Assembly (NCBI GenBank): GCA_965221125.1
Contig: CBDCRW010000004.1
Coordinates: 832,001 to 896,000, forward strand
DNA length: 64,000 nt
Direction of reading: 5' to 3'
Source: Alphaproteobacteria bacterium
GTDB lineage: Bacteria; Pseudomonadota; Alphaproteobacteria; UBA828
In this document: in pieces, positions 32,149-41,803 of the stretch
Numbering within the stretch: position 1 is the first letter of the stretch
Layout of the letters: each line of letters opens with the position of its first letter
The notes under the pieces: model-generated
The model's database searches: none
Seen by the model: only the letters and a program-made list of their open reading frames with translations
Told to the model about the DNA's origin: nothing
Program-made: the position numbers and the translations under genes

Positions 32149-32937
32149 CTACCTGCCCGTGAACTTGGGCAGGCGCTTTTCCATGAACGCGGTGCGCCCC
32201 TCGGTGTAGTCGGCGCTGGTGAAGCAGGCCGAGACCAGCTCCTCGCAGAGCGCCGGGTCGATCCCCTCGGCGCCGCTCCGCGCGAGCTCGGCGATCATGC
32301 GCTTGCTCGCGCGCATGGAGAGCGGCGCGTTGGCGGCGATGCCGCTGCAGTAGCCCTCGATGGTCTCGGCCAGCGCGTCGTCCGGCACGGCCTGGTTGAC
32401 GAGGCCGATGCGCTCGGCCTCCGCGGCCGAAAAACGCCGCGCGGTGATGAGGATCTCCTTCGCGAAGGCCGGGCCCACGAGGTCGGTCAGCAGCTTGAGC
32501 GAGCCGATGCGGTAGCCGACGCCGAGCCGCGCGGCCGGGATCGCGAAGGTTGCGCCCGCGCCCGCAATCCGCAGGTCGCAGGCGATGGCGAGGCCGAGCC
32601 CGCCCCCCATGCAGTAGCCGCGGATCATGGCGATGGTCGGCCGGTCCGCGTTGCGGAGCCGCTGGGTCGCGCCTTCGGCAAGCTCGTCGTAGGCCGCGAC
32701 GGCCTCCTCGCTCGCGCGCTCGGTCGCGAACTCGGAGATGTCGGCGCCCGAGACGAAGGCCCTCTCGCCCGCGCCCTTCAGCACGATCACGCGGATCGCG
32801 GGGTCGGCCTCCAGCCGGTCGAGCGCCTCCGGCAGCGCGCGCCACATGGCGACGGAGAGCGCATTGTGCTTCGCCGGGTTGTTGAAGGTGATCCAGCCGA
32901 CGGCGCCTGCCGTCTCCACGAGCAATTGGTCAGTCAT
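32149..32937 (-). CDS. Enoyl-CoA hydratase/isomerase
   Basis: AFVSGADISEF, GYCMGGG, PAARLG, AFMEKRLPKF. Confidence 0.9.
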   Translation of the reverse strand: MTDQLLVETAGAVGWITFNNPAKHNALSVAMWRALPEALDRLEADPAIRVIVLKGAGERAFVSGADISEFATERASEEAVAAYDELAEGATQRLRNADRPTIAMIRGYCMGGGLGLAIACDLRIAGAGATFAIPAARLGVGYRIGSLKLLTDLVGPAFAKEILITARRFSAAEAERIGLVNQAVPDDALAETIEGYCSGIAANAPLSMRASKRMIAELARSGAEGIDPALCEELVSACFTSADYTEGRTAFMEKRLPKFTGR

Positions 32938-32949
32938 GGCATTCCTGCT

Positions 32950-34143
32950 CTACACGATTCCCCGGCCGCGAAAGTCCTCGATCTCGGCGGCGCCGTAGCC
33001 GAGCGCGCCCAGAATCTGGTCGGTGTGGGCCCCGAGCTCCGGCGTCGCCCCGTGCACGTTGAATGGCGTGCGGCTGAGCCGCGCCGCCTGGGAGACGATG
33101 CGCGTGGCCCCAAGCGCCGGGTGCTCCACAGGGTGCGCCATGCCCAGGTGCTGCACCTGCGGGTCGGCGAACATCTCGTCGATGCCGTAGATCGGCCCGC
33201 AGGGCACGCCCGCCGCATTGAGCGCGTCCACCCATGCCGTGCTCGGCTTCGTCCGCGTGCGCTCGTTGATGAGCGCGTTGAGCGCCGTCCGGTTCTCGGA
33301 GCGGCCCTGCCCGGTGGCGAAGCGCTCGTCCGTGATCAGCGCCGGCATGCCCAGCGCTTCGCAGAGCCGCTCGTAGATCGCGCCGCCGGAGGTCGCGATG
33401 TTGATGTGGCCGTCGGACGTCTCGAACACGCCGGTCGGGATGCTGGTCGGGTGGTCGTTGCCCGCCTGGCCGGGGGCCTCGCCCTCGAACAGGTAGCGCG
33501 CGGCCTGGAAGTCGAGCTGCGCGATCATCGCCTGCAGCAGGGAGGACTGCACCCACTGGCCCTCGCCCGAGTGCTCGCGCTCCAGCAGGGCGACGAGGAT
33601 GCCGATGGCCGTGTAGAGTCCGGCGCTCAAGTCCGCGATGGGGATGCCGACGCGCATCGGCCCCCGGCCGGGCTCGCCGGTGATCGACATGAGCCCGCCC
33701 ATGCCTTGCGCGATCTGGTCGAAGCCCGGCCGCTTGGCATAAGGGCCGTCCTGACCGAAGCCCGAGAGGCTGGCGTAGACGATGCGGGGGTTGAGCGCGC
33801 GGAGCGTCTCATAGTCGATGCCGAGGCGGTGCTTCACGTCGGGCCGGTAGTTCTCCACCACCACGTCGGCGGTCTCCGCGAGGCGCTTGAAGATGGCGGC
33901 GCCCTCCGGCTCCTTCAGGTTCAGCGTGAGGCTCCGCTTGTTGCGGTGCAGGTTCTGGAAGTCGGGGCCGTGGCGCGCCTTGATGGGGTCGCTCGCCGTC
34001 CCCGGCGTGTCCGGCGCCTCGATCTTGATGACGTCCGCGCCCCAGTCGGCGAGCTGGCGCGCCGCCGTCGGCCCCGCCCGGTAGCGGGTGAGGTCGAGCA
34101 CGGTGAAGCGCGCGAGCGCGCCGTCTGCCGGGGGATGCGTCAT
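32950..34143 (-). CDS. CoA transferase family III (CaiB/BaiF)
   Basis: VLDLT..AGP, GADVIKIE, HRNKRS, VENYRP, SGFGQDGP, GFDQIAQGMGG. Confidence 0.93.
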   Translation of the reverse strand: MTHPPADGALARFTVLDLTRYRAGPTAARQLADWGADVIKIEAPDTPGTASDPIKARHGPDFQNLHRNKRSLTLNLKEPEGAAIFKRLAETADVVVENYRPDVKHRLGIDYETLRALNPRIVYASLSGFGQDGPYAKRPGFDQIAQGMGGLMSITGEPGRGPMRVGIPIADLSAGLYTAIGILVALLEREHSGEGQWVQSSLLQAMIAQLDFQAARYLFEGEAPGQAGNDHPTSIPTGVFETSDGHINIATSGGAIYERLCEALGMPALITDERFATGQGRSENRTALNALINERTRTKPSTAWVDALNAAGVPCGPIYGIDEMFADPQVQHLGMAHPVEHPALGATRIVSQAARLSRTPFNVHGATPELGAHTDQILGALGYGAAEIEDFRGRGIV

Positions 34144-34187
34144 CGGAACCCTTCTACCGCCGCCGCTGCTCTCTTGGTAGTGCGCGC

Positions 34188-35081
34188 TCACTCCTCCGAG
34201 AAATCGCGGACCGCGCTGTCGAACCGGCCGTAGCCGGCGTAGTCCACGATGTCATAGAGGTGCGCCCTGGTCATCATGCGGGGCACGAGGCCAGGCTGGT
34301 CGTCGCTCTCGTCGAGCGCGCGCAGCCCGTCCTCCACGGCCTTCATGGCGAGCCGGAAGGTCGTGACCGGGTAGATCACCAGGTTGTAGCCGAGGCCCGC
34401 CAGCGTGGCCCGCGAGAGCAGGGGCGACTTGCCGAACTCGGTCATGTTGGCCATGAGCGGCACGTCGAGCGCGGTGCGGAAGGCCTCGAACTCGCGCTCG
34501 TCCTGCAGCGCCTCGGGGAAGATCATCGCCGCGCCCGCGTCCACGTAGGCCTTGGACCGGTCGATGGCCTTCTCCAGGCCCTCCGGCGCGCGGGCATCGG
34601 TGCGGGCGATGAGCAAGAAATCCGGGTCCCGCTGGGCCTCGGCGGCGGCGCGCACCCGGCGCACCATCTCCGCCGTGGGCACCAGGGTCTTGCGCTCCAG
34701 ATGACCGCAACGCTTGGGGCTCTCCTGGTCTTCCAGGTGGCAGCCGGCGAGGCCCGCTTCCTCCAGCAGCGCGACGGTGCGGGCGGCGTTGAGCGGGGCG
34801 CCGAAGCCGGTGTCGACATCGACGATGACCGGCAGTGCACAGGCGCGCACGATCGCCTGGGCGCGGGCCGTGACCTCGCTTTGCGTTACCAGCCCGATGT
34901 CGGGCAGGCCGAGATCGGCGGAGAGCGCCGCTCCGGAGACGTAGACGCCGTCGAAGCCCTGGCGCTCGATGAGCGTCGCCACGATCGGCGCGAACGCGCC
35001 GGGGAAGCGCAGCAGGGTCCCGCTCGCGAGCGCGTTGCGGAGCGCCCGGCGGCGCTCAGGCGCAGGCGCGGGCGCGATCAC
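34188..35081 (-). CDS. prpB: 2-methylisocitrate lyase
   Basis: LGLPDIG, VDVDTGFG, KRCGH catalytic motif, IARTDA, ANMTEFGKSP. Confidence 0.85.
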   Translation of the reverse strand: MIAPAPAPERRRALRNALASGTLLRFPGAFAPIVATLIERQGFDGVYVSGAALSADLGLPDIGLVTQSEVTARAQAIVRACALPVIVDVDTGFGAPLNAARTVALLEEAGLAGCHLEDQESPKRCGHLERKTLVPTAEMVRRVRAAAEAQRDPDFLLIARTDARAPEGLEKAIDRSKAYVDAGAAMIFPEALQDEREFEAFRTALDVPLMANMTEFGKSPLLSRATLAGLGYNLVIYPVTTFRLAMKAVEDGLRALDESDDQPGLVPRMMTRAHLYDIVDYAGYGRFDSAVRDFSEE

Positions 35082-35212
35082 GGGCGGCCTCCCCGTACCC
35101 GCGGCGGGGTGCGTTCGCCGTACAAATGGTGGTATATGGTGCGCCGGTCCGCGCCAGGGCGGGCAAGCCGCGGCCTCGTGCGCGCGGCGCCACGGGGCAG
35201 AGGAGGAGATCG

Positions 35213-36316
35213 ATGAAGCTTGGCCTGTTCATGATGCCGATCCACAACCACGTGAGGGACTACCACACCACCCTCATGGAGGATATCGAGGCGATCGTCC
35301 ATGCTGATCGGCTTGGCTTCTCGGAGGCCTGGGTCGGCGAGCACTACAGCTCCAAGTCCGAGCAGATCACCTCGCCGCTGCTCTTCCTGGCCCACGTGCT
35401 GCCGCAGACCAAGCAGATCGTCGCCGGCACCGGCGTCATCTGCCTGCCGCAGTACCACCCGGCGGTCACGGCCGGGCAGATCGCCATGTTCGACCACCTG
35501 GCGAAGGGCCGCTACATCGCGGGCCTCGGCCCCGGCGGGCTGCCGCCCGACTTCGAAATCTTCGGCATCATGGATTCGGACCGCAACGCCATGATGATCG
35601 AGGCCATCGACATCATGGTCGACATCTGGACCTCCGATCCGCCCTACGAGTACGACGGTGAGCACTGGAAGATCTCCCTCAAGGACTGGATCTACGAGGA
35701 TATCGGGCTGGGCTACATGGCCAAGCCCTATCAGAAGCCCTATCCGCCCATCGCGATCTCGGCGATGAGCCCCTTCTCGGGCTCGATCAAGTTCGCGGGC
35801 TCGCGCGGCTACATCCCGATCTCGGCCAACTTCATCGGCACGTGGTCGGCCAAGTCCCACTGGCAGGTCTACGCCGACGCGGCGGCCAAGGCGGGCCATC
35901 CGACCGATCCGGAGATCTGGCGCGTCGCCCGCAACGTCCACGTCGACGAGACCGACGAGGCGGCCGAGGCCTTCGTCAAGAAGGCCGACGACAGCACCGA
36001 CTGGTACTTCAGCTACCTCTTCCGCATCTTCGAGCGCGCCGAGATGAAGGGGCCGTTCGTGGTCAACCAGGGGGACGACCCGGCGGCGCTCACCCACGAA
36101 TCGATCCGCGACAACTACACGATCTACGGCAGCCCGGAGACGGTGGCCGAGAAGATCCTGGCGCTGCGCGACGAGATCGGCCACTTCGGCACGCTGATGC
36201 TGACGGCGCAGGACTGGACCGACAAGGAGCGGATGAAGCGCTCCATGTCGCTGCTCGCCGAGGAGGTCATGCCCAAGGTCAACGCCGCCATCGGCACGCA
36301 GGCGGCGGCGGAGTAG
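35213..36316 (+). CDS. Luciferase-like (LLM) flavin-dependent monooxygenase
   Basis: MKLGLFMMPIH, GFSEAWVGEH, GTGV..LP.YHP, KPYQKPYPPI, GSPETVAEKI. Confidence 0.9.
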   Translation: MKLGLFMMPIHNHVRDYHTTLMEDIEAIVHADRLGFSEAWVGEHYSSKSEQITSPLLFLAHVLPQTKQIVAGTGVICLPQYHPAVTAGQIAMFDHLAKGRYIAGLGPGGLPPDFEIFGIMDSDRNAMMIEAIDIMVDIWTSDPPYEYDGEHWKISLKDWIYEDIGLGYMAKPYQKPYPPIAISAMSPFSGSIKFAGSRGYIPISANFIGTWSAKSHWQVYADAAAKAGHPTDPEIWRVARNVHVDETDEAAEAFVKKADDSTDWYFSYLFRIFERAEMKGPFVVNQGDDPAALTHESIRDNYTIYGSPETVAEKILALRDEIGHFGTLMLTAQDWTDKERMKRSMSLLAEEVMPKVNAAIGTQAAAE

Positions 36317-36350
36317 GGCGGCCGCGCGCGAGCGCCGGGGAGGACGGGCG

Positions 36351-37079
36351 ACGGCCGAGTACGCGCTCATCACCGGCGGCGCCCGCGGCATCGGGCGGGC
36401 GTGCGCCGCGCGGCTCCGCGCCGAGGGCTGCCGCGTCGTGGTCTTCGACCGCGTCGAGCCTATAGACGCGGTGGACGAATTCGTCGCCGTCGACCTCGCC
36501 GACACCGCGGCCACCGCAGAGGCGCTGGAGCGCGCGCTGGCGGACCGCACCATCACGCGGCTGGTCAACAACGTGGGCGCGGTGCGGCCGGCGCTGCTGG
36601 AAGACGCGGAGCTTGCCGACTTCGACTACCTGATGGCGCTCAACGTGCGCTCCGCCATCCAGTGCACCAAGGCGCTGGCGCCGGGGATGCGGGCGACGGG
36701 CTTCGGGCGCATCGTGAACGTCTCCAGCCGCTCCGTGCGCGGCAAGGAGCTTCGCACCAACTACGCCGCGACCAAGGCGGCGCTGATCGGGCTCACGCGC
36801 ACCTGGGCGCTGGAGCTGGGCGCAGACGGCATCACGGTCAACTGCATCTGCCCGGGCCCGACGGCGACCGAGCTTTACGTCGAGGCCAACCCGCCGGAGT
36901 CGCCCCGCACCAAGGCGGCGCTCGCCGCGATCCCGGCCGGGCGCATCGGCACGCCCGAGGACATGGCCCACGCCATCGCCTTCTTCCTCGACGCGCGCAG
37001 CTCCTTCGTCACCGGCCAGGCGATCATGGTCTGCGGCGGCTCGAGCCTCGGCGCACGGGAGAGCTACGCGCCGGCTTAG
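36351..37079 (+). CDS. SDR family oxidoreductase with apparent ACG start codon
   Basis: (T/M)AEYALITGGARGIG, NNVG, YAATK, VNCICPGP. GGAGG at 36339-36343 lies 7 nt before ACG 36351. The first canonical start (36438) would delete the Rossmann motif. Confidence 0.8.
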   Translation, partial: TAEYALITGGARGIGRACAARLRAEGCRVVVFDRVEPIDAVDEFVAVDLADTAATAEALERALADRTITRLVNNVGAVRPALLEDAELADFDYLMALNVRSAIQCTKALAPGMRATGFGRIVNVSSRSVRGKELRTNYAATKAALIGLTRTWALELGADGITVNCICPGPTATELYVEANPPESPRTKAALAAIPAGRIGTPEDMAHAIAFFLDARSSFVTGQAIMVCGGSSLGARESYAPA

Positions 37080-37146
37080 GTTCGCCAAGTTCCGCGGCGT
37101 TCCAAGCTCGCCGGAGCGGATCAGGCCGCCTCGCCGACCGTGACGC

Positions 37147-37365
37147 TCACGCGCCTCCCCTGCCGGCGCTCGACGGCTCGGGCAGGGTCTCGCCCTCCCG
37201 AATCGTGGTCGCGATCAGCTCGCGCAGCAGGTCCTTTGCTTCGAGGAGCGCCTCGTCGCGCGTGGCGCCGTCGGTGGCGCCCCATCCGAAATCGGGAAAC
37301 GTGACGACATGCCGGCCGTCCTCGTCGCGCTCGATCTCGGCGGGATAGTCGTAAGTGTCAGGCAT
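37147..37365 (-). CDS. Short HicB-like antitoxin (RNase H-fold part only), no adjacent hicA
   Basis: YPAEIERDEDG..VVTFPDF..GATDGATRDEAL..A.D.L...LPEPS; 72 aa. Confidence 0.78.
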   Translation of the reverse strand: MPDTYDYPAEIERDEDGRHVVTFPDFGWGATDGATRDEALLEAKDLLRELIATTIREGETLPEPSSAGRGGA

Positions 37366-37460
37366 GCGTTCGGTCTCTGGGGACACGTGCGTCGTTCCCG
37401 CATAGTTGCGCGCAATTTTGAGCGCAACTATCCGCCCTCGGCAACTGCGCGAGTCAAGCG

Positions 37461-37579
37461 CCCCCACCTCACTCCGGCCCTCTCCTCCCCGGCGGGGAGG
37501 AGAGGGAGAACAGGCGGCACCGGCTTGCGTTCCCCCTCTGCCCCTTTGGGGCGGAGGGGGACAGGGGGAGGTGGGGGTG
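37461..37579. repeat. REP family A intact dimer
   Basis: CCCTCTCCTCCCC-GGC-GGGGAGGAGAGGG and CCCCCTCTGCCCC-TTT-GGGGCGGAGGGGG with CCCCCACCTC / GAGGTGGGGG ends. Confidence 0.85.
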
Positions 37580-37870
37580 TTTGGTACCTATGCTTCCGGT
37601 TGCACATTTTTCATGGCATCAACCTGTGCCCGCCACTGTTTAGCCGCGGGTGCGCGACTCTTGGTATTCGCGCGCAGGTATGCGCGCCCCGCACCTTGGT
37701 GCGGTGCACGGGGCAGGCGGGTGGGGGCAGGCTCTGCGGATGCAGCGCGCAGACCGTCGCACGTCCGGGACAGCAGACCACCGTCCTTCCGGGGCTGGCG
37801 GGCCGGAGCGGCTCCGGGGAGCCGGCTCGTCGCCGGGCGCTCGTTTATCCGGCTCCAGCCGCCGCCGGGA

Positions 37871-37997
37871 CGGGCCAGCTTGGGCCACCATGAACCGCCT
37901 TGGGCCACTTTGGGTCACTTTGGGTCGCTCGTTTCGGACCACCTTGGGCCACTTTGGACCACTTTGGGCCGGAATAGACCGGAATAGGCCGCCTTGA
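37871..37997. repeat. Degenerate 10-bp tandem repeat (consensus ~TTGGGCCACT), about 12 units
   Basis: CGGGCCAGCT TGGGCCACCA TGAACCGCCT TGGGCCACTT TGGGTCACTT TGGGTCGCTC.. TCGGACCACC TTGGGCCACT TTGGACCACT TTGGGCCGGA ATAGACCGGA ATAGGCCGCC. Confidence 0.8.
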
Positions 37998-38073
37998 AGC
38001 CTTCCGCGCAGAACGGACGCGCTCTGGTCCGCGCCCTTCACCAATGTCACGCGCGCGGCGGCGCGGCGGGCGG

Positions 38074-39138
38074 TCAGGACTGGCGCTTGAGCGCGCCCTC
38101 GGCGGAGACATCGCCCTTGAAGGGCCAGTAGAGCTCGGCGTTCCGCGTGATCCCGCTGCGCCGGAAGATGATGATCAGCATCATCACGACGCCGACCACG
38201 ACCCATGTGCTGCTGGAGGGCAGCGTGAAGCCGTCGTCGCCGAACATGCCGGACTCGAGGTTCTTCAGCAGGTCGATCACCACCGTCAGCACCACGACGC
38301 CGACCACGGCGCCGGAGAGGCTCTGCATGCCGCCGATGACCAGCATGGCGAGGGTGATGAGCGTGAGGTTGAGGAAGAAGGTGTCCACCGTGAGCATGCC
38401 GAGGAAGTGGCCGAAGAGGCCGCCGGCCATGCCGCAGAAGAAGCCGCTGATGACGAAGGCGATCAGGCGCTGGCCGAAGACGTTGACGCCGGCCGCACGG
38501 GCCGCGACCTCGTCGTCGCGCGACGCCCGCAGCGCCAGGCCGAACTTGGAGCGCGAGTAGAAGAAGGCCGCGACGATCGTGATGACCGCATAGACGTAGG
38601 CGACCCAGGGCGAGGTCGTCTGCGGCAGGCCGATCACCGAGCTGGCACCCGAGGTCCAGGTGCTCCAGCGCAGATAGACCGAGTAGATGATCATCAGGAA
38701 GGCGAACGTGCCAATCGACGCCGCGATCCCCGACAATCGCATCAGCGCGATGCCGGCCACGAAGGCGACGAAGGCGCTGAGCAGCCCCGCGAGGAGGATC
38801 GCCAGCACGAAGTGATGGGTGTTGGTCAGCAGATACTCCGGCAGGCCCGGCATGAACATGTCGCGGGTGAAAGGGCAGCAGGTCTGCCAGCCCGTGGCGT
38901 AGGCGCCCACCATCATGAAGCCGATATGGCCGAAGGACATGATCCCGGAGTTGCCGATGAACATGTAGAGGGCGACCACGATGACGACCCGGATCAGGCC
39001 CTCGGTGAGCGTCCGCGCCAGGATCCTGTCGTCGAGCGCGACCACGATGGCGGTGATGATGAGCAGGCCGACGACGAGGTTGATCACCGGCCAGAATTGC
39101 CGGATGCGCTGCATGAGCGGCGTGGTGGCGTCGATCAT
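38074..39138 (-). CDS. Branched-chain amino acid-type ABC permease (LivM-like)
   Basis: GIMSFGHIGFMMVGAY, LRASRDDEVAARAAGV, MLVIGG; multiple TM segments. Confidence 0.9.
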   Translation of the reverse strand: MIDATTPLMQRIRQFWPVINLVVGLLIITAIVVALDDRILARTLTEGLIRVVIVVALYMFIGNSGIMSFGHIGFMMVGAYATGWQTCCPFTRDMFMPGLPEYLLTNTHHFVLAILLAGLLSAFVAFVAGIALMRLSGIAASIGTFAFLMIIYSVYLRWSTWTSGASSVIGLPQTTSPWVAYVYAVITIVAAFFYSRSKFGLALRASRDDEVAARAAGVNVFGQRLIAFVISGFFCGMAGGLFGHFLGMLTVDTFFLNLTLITLAMLVIGGMQSLSGAVVGVVVLTVVIDLLKNLESGMFGDDGFTLPSSSTWVVVGVVMMLIIIFRRSGITRNAELYWPFKGDVSAEGALKRQS

Positions 39139-40055
39139 CACACCCGCTCCTTGAACGCCCTGGTGGGCACCAGCCCTTGCGGCCGGGCCAGCAGGATCAC
39201 CACCACGAGGCCGAACACGAAGGCGTCGCGGAAGCCGCGCATCCCCTCCGGCAGGACCGCGATCAGGACGGTCGAGAAGATGCCGACGACATAGCCGCCG
39301 ACCACGGCGCCGATGAGGCTGCCCATGCCGCCGATCACCGTCGCGATGAAGGCGTAGAGCATCAGGAAGACGCCGCCGCGGAAGTTCAGGATGCCGGTCT
39401 GCGTGTGGTACATCAGCGCCATGATGCCGGCGAGCGCGCCGCTGATAATGAAGGCGAGCGCGATCACCCGGGTCGCGTTGACGCCGAGCATCCGCGCCAT
39501 CCTGAAGTCCTCGGCCGCCGCCCGCATCTCCACGCCGATGGGCGTGCGCCTGAGGAAGAGCGTGAGCAGGATCAGCAGGATCCAGGTCACCGCCACGATC
39601 ACGAGCTGCAGGATCGGCACCTGGAGCTTGCCGGAGAGCTCGATCACGCCGGTGAGCTCCGGCCAGAGGCCCACCGCCTTCGGCCGCCCGCTGTAGATCA
39701 TGATGACGAGGTTCTGGATCGAGAAGCTGAGCGCCACGGAGGCGATCATGAGGACGGCGGGCGGCGCCGTCTGGATATGGCGGAAGAGCAGGAAGTACGA
39801 GGCGAGCGCCCACACGATCACCACGCCGACCACGCAGATGATCAGCGCCACCGGATGGAAGTCGAGGATCAGCGGGATCGCGACCACCGCCGTCGCCGGC
39901 ACGATGAGCGAGAAGCCGCCCACCGTGATGAAGTCGCCGTGGGCGAAGTTGATGAGCCTGAGCACGCCGAAGAGGAGCCCGATGCCGAGCGCGCCCAGGG
40001 CATAGAAGGAGCCGAGGCTCAGGCTCGAGATGATGGTCTGGACGACGATTTCCAT
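39138..40055 (-). CDS. Branched-chain amino acid-type ABC permease (LivH-like)
   Basis: GSFYALGALG, INFAHG, MRAAAED, VIGGMGS, RPQGL. Confidence 0.92.
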   Translation of the reverse strand: MEIVVQTIISSLSLGSFYALGALGIGLLFGVLRLINFAHGDFITVGGFSLIVPATAVVAIPLILDFHPVALIICVVGVVIVWALASYFLLFRHIQTAPPAVLMIASVALSFSIQNLVIMIYSGRPKAVGLWPELTGVIELSGKLQVPILQLVIVAVTWILLILLTLFLRRTPIGVEMRAAAEDFRMARMLGVNATRVIALAFIISGALAGIMALMYHTQTGILNFRGGVFLMLYAFIATVIGGMGSLIGAVVGGYVVGIFSTVLIAVLPEGMRGFRDAFVFGLVVVILLARPQGLVPTRAFKERV

Positions 40056-40801
40056 CAGAAGGTCGCCTCGCCTGCGTGTTCCACCCCTTCGGTGAAGCCG
40101 AAGTAGGCCTGGCGCACTTTCTCGCCGTCCTGCAGGTCCGCGGCGTCGCCTTCCAACTGGATCTCGCCGCTGCGGAGCACGTAGATGCGGTCCGCCGCCT
40201 TGAGCGCGCGCTCGGAGCTCTGCTCGACGATCAGCAGCGTGAGCCCCCGCGCTTCCCTGAGCTCGAGCAGGACCTCGTAGACCCGGTCCACCAGGTTGGG
40301 CGCGAGGCCGAGGGAGGGCTCGTCGATGGTCATGATGCGCGGGTTGGTCAGCAGCGCGCGGCCGATCACCAGCATCTGCTGCTCGCCGCCGGAGAGCTTG
40401 CCCGCCGCGCCCTTGCGGCGCTCCGCCAGCACGGGGAAGAGCTCCAGCACCCGCTTGAAGTCGGCCTCGATCTCGCCCCGGTCGCGGCGCATCCGGGTGC
40501 CGAGCCGCAGGTTCTCCTCGACGCTGAGCGTGGTGAAGACGTGGCGGCCCTCCGGCACCTGGGAGACGCCGCGCCGCGCCACCGCCTCGGGCGTGAGGCC
40601 GGCGATCGAATCGCCGTCGAAGGTGATCGTCCCCTGCGAGGGGCGGAGCACGCCGGAGATGGTGAGCAGCGTCGTCGACTTGCCGGCGCCGTTGGGGCCG
40701 ACGACACAGACGATCTCGCCCTCGCCGACGCCGATGGAGACGCCGCGCACCGCCGGCACCCGGCCGTAGTGGACATGGATATCCTCGACGGAGAGCAGCA
40801 T
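40055..40801 (-). CDS. ABC ATP-binding protein (LivF-like)
   Basis: GPNGAGKST, VPEGRHVF, LSGGEQQML, DEPSLGLAP. Confidence 0.93.
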   Translation of the reverse strand: MLLSVEDIHVHYGRVPAVRGVSIGVGEGEIVCVVGPNGAGKSTTLLTISGVLRPSQGTITFDGDSIAGLTPEAVARRGVSQVPEGRHVFTTLSVEENLRLGTRMRRDRGEIEADFKRVLELFPVLAERRKGAAGKLSGGEQQMLVIGRALLTNPRIMTIDEPSLGLAPNLVDRVYEVLLELREARGLTLLIVEQSSERALKAADRIYVLRSGEIQLEGDAADLQDGEKVRQAYFGFTEGVEHAGEATF

Positions 40802-40806
40802 GCGCG

Positions 40807-41562
40807 TCACTCGTGGCCGAGGTAGGCGGTGATGACCGCCTCGTTGGTCTGCACCTCGGCCGGGGTTCCGCGCGCGATGGTCCGCCCGCTGTCCAGCACG
40901 TGGATGCGCTCGCAGACGCCCATGATGACCCGCATGTTGTGTTCGATGAGCAGCACCCCGCAACCGAAGCGCTCGGGGATCTCGCGGACAAGGTGCATCA
41001 CGTCGTCGCATTCGAGGTCGGACATCCCGGCCGCCGGCTCGTCCAGCAGGACGAAGGCCGGGCTCATGGCGAGCGCGCGCGCGATGCCGACTCGGCGCTC
41101 GTCGGTGTACGGCAGCACGCCGGCGGGGTCCTGGGCCTGGTCGGCGAGGCCGATCCACTCCAGAATCTCCATCGCCTGCCGATGCGCCTTGCGCCGCGAG
41201 GCGCCGAGGCTCACCGCGGCGACCTCGACGTTCTCGCTCACCGGCATGTCGCGGAAGAGCCGCCCGGCCTGGAAGGTGCGGGCCACGCCGTGGCGCCTGA
41301 TCCAGTGGGGCGTCAGCTTCGAGATCACCTTGCCGCCGAGCAGCACCTCGCCCGCAGCGGGGACCTGGAAGCCGGTCATGGCGTTCACGAGCGTCGTCTT
41401 GCCCGCGCCGTTGGGGCCGATCAGGCCGAGGATCTCACCCTGGTGCAGGGTCTCGTCGACGTTGTCGACCGCGGTGAGGCCTTCGAAGCGCACGGTCACG
41501 CCGCGCGCTTCCAGCGTCTGGCCGTTCTGCCCTGCCGCCTCCGATCCGGCGTCCGTTGACAC
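40807..41562 (-). CDS. ABC ATP-binding protein (LivG-like)
   Basis: GLIGPNGAGKTT, ARTFQ, LLDEPAAG, IEHNM, VITAYLG. Confidence 0.92.
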   Translation of the reverse strand: MSTDAGSEAAGQNGQTLEARGVTVRFEGLTAVDNVDETLHQGEILGLIGPNGAGKTTLVNAMTGFQVPAAGEVLLGGKVISKLTPHWIRRHGVARTFQAGRLFRDMPVSENVEVAAVSLGASRRKAHRQAMEILEWIGLADQAQDPAGVLPYTDERRVGIARALAMSPAFVLLDEPAAGMSDLECDDVMHLVREIPERFGCGVLLIEHNMRVIMGVCERIHVLDSGRTIARGTPAEVQTNEAVITAYLGHE

Positions 41563-41803
41563 CAGTCGCCCTCCTGCTGCCTCGCCCGGTTCTTCGCGCC
41601 GCCGCGTCGACGACGCGGCCGCTCGGTCGCCCGCGTGGCCGCGTCTCCCTCGATAGCTACCGAAGGCACGGTCGCGAATCAACGGGGAAATCGTCCGCGC
41701 CCTCAATCGGGCTTGCAAAAGTCGCAGCCGCAATGACAATGCGTTGTCGTAAGGTGCTCGGCACCCGGCCGAGCGCAAGGATTCTCATGCAGGGAGGTCT
41801 CGG

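Noticed and set aside
37871-37997. Possible CRISPR array
   Set aside because: Units are 10 bp, contiguous and degenerate, with no unique spacers and no cas genes.
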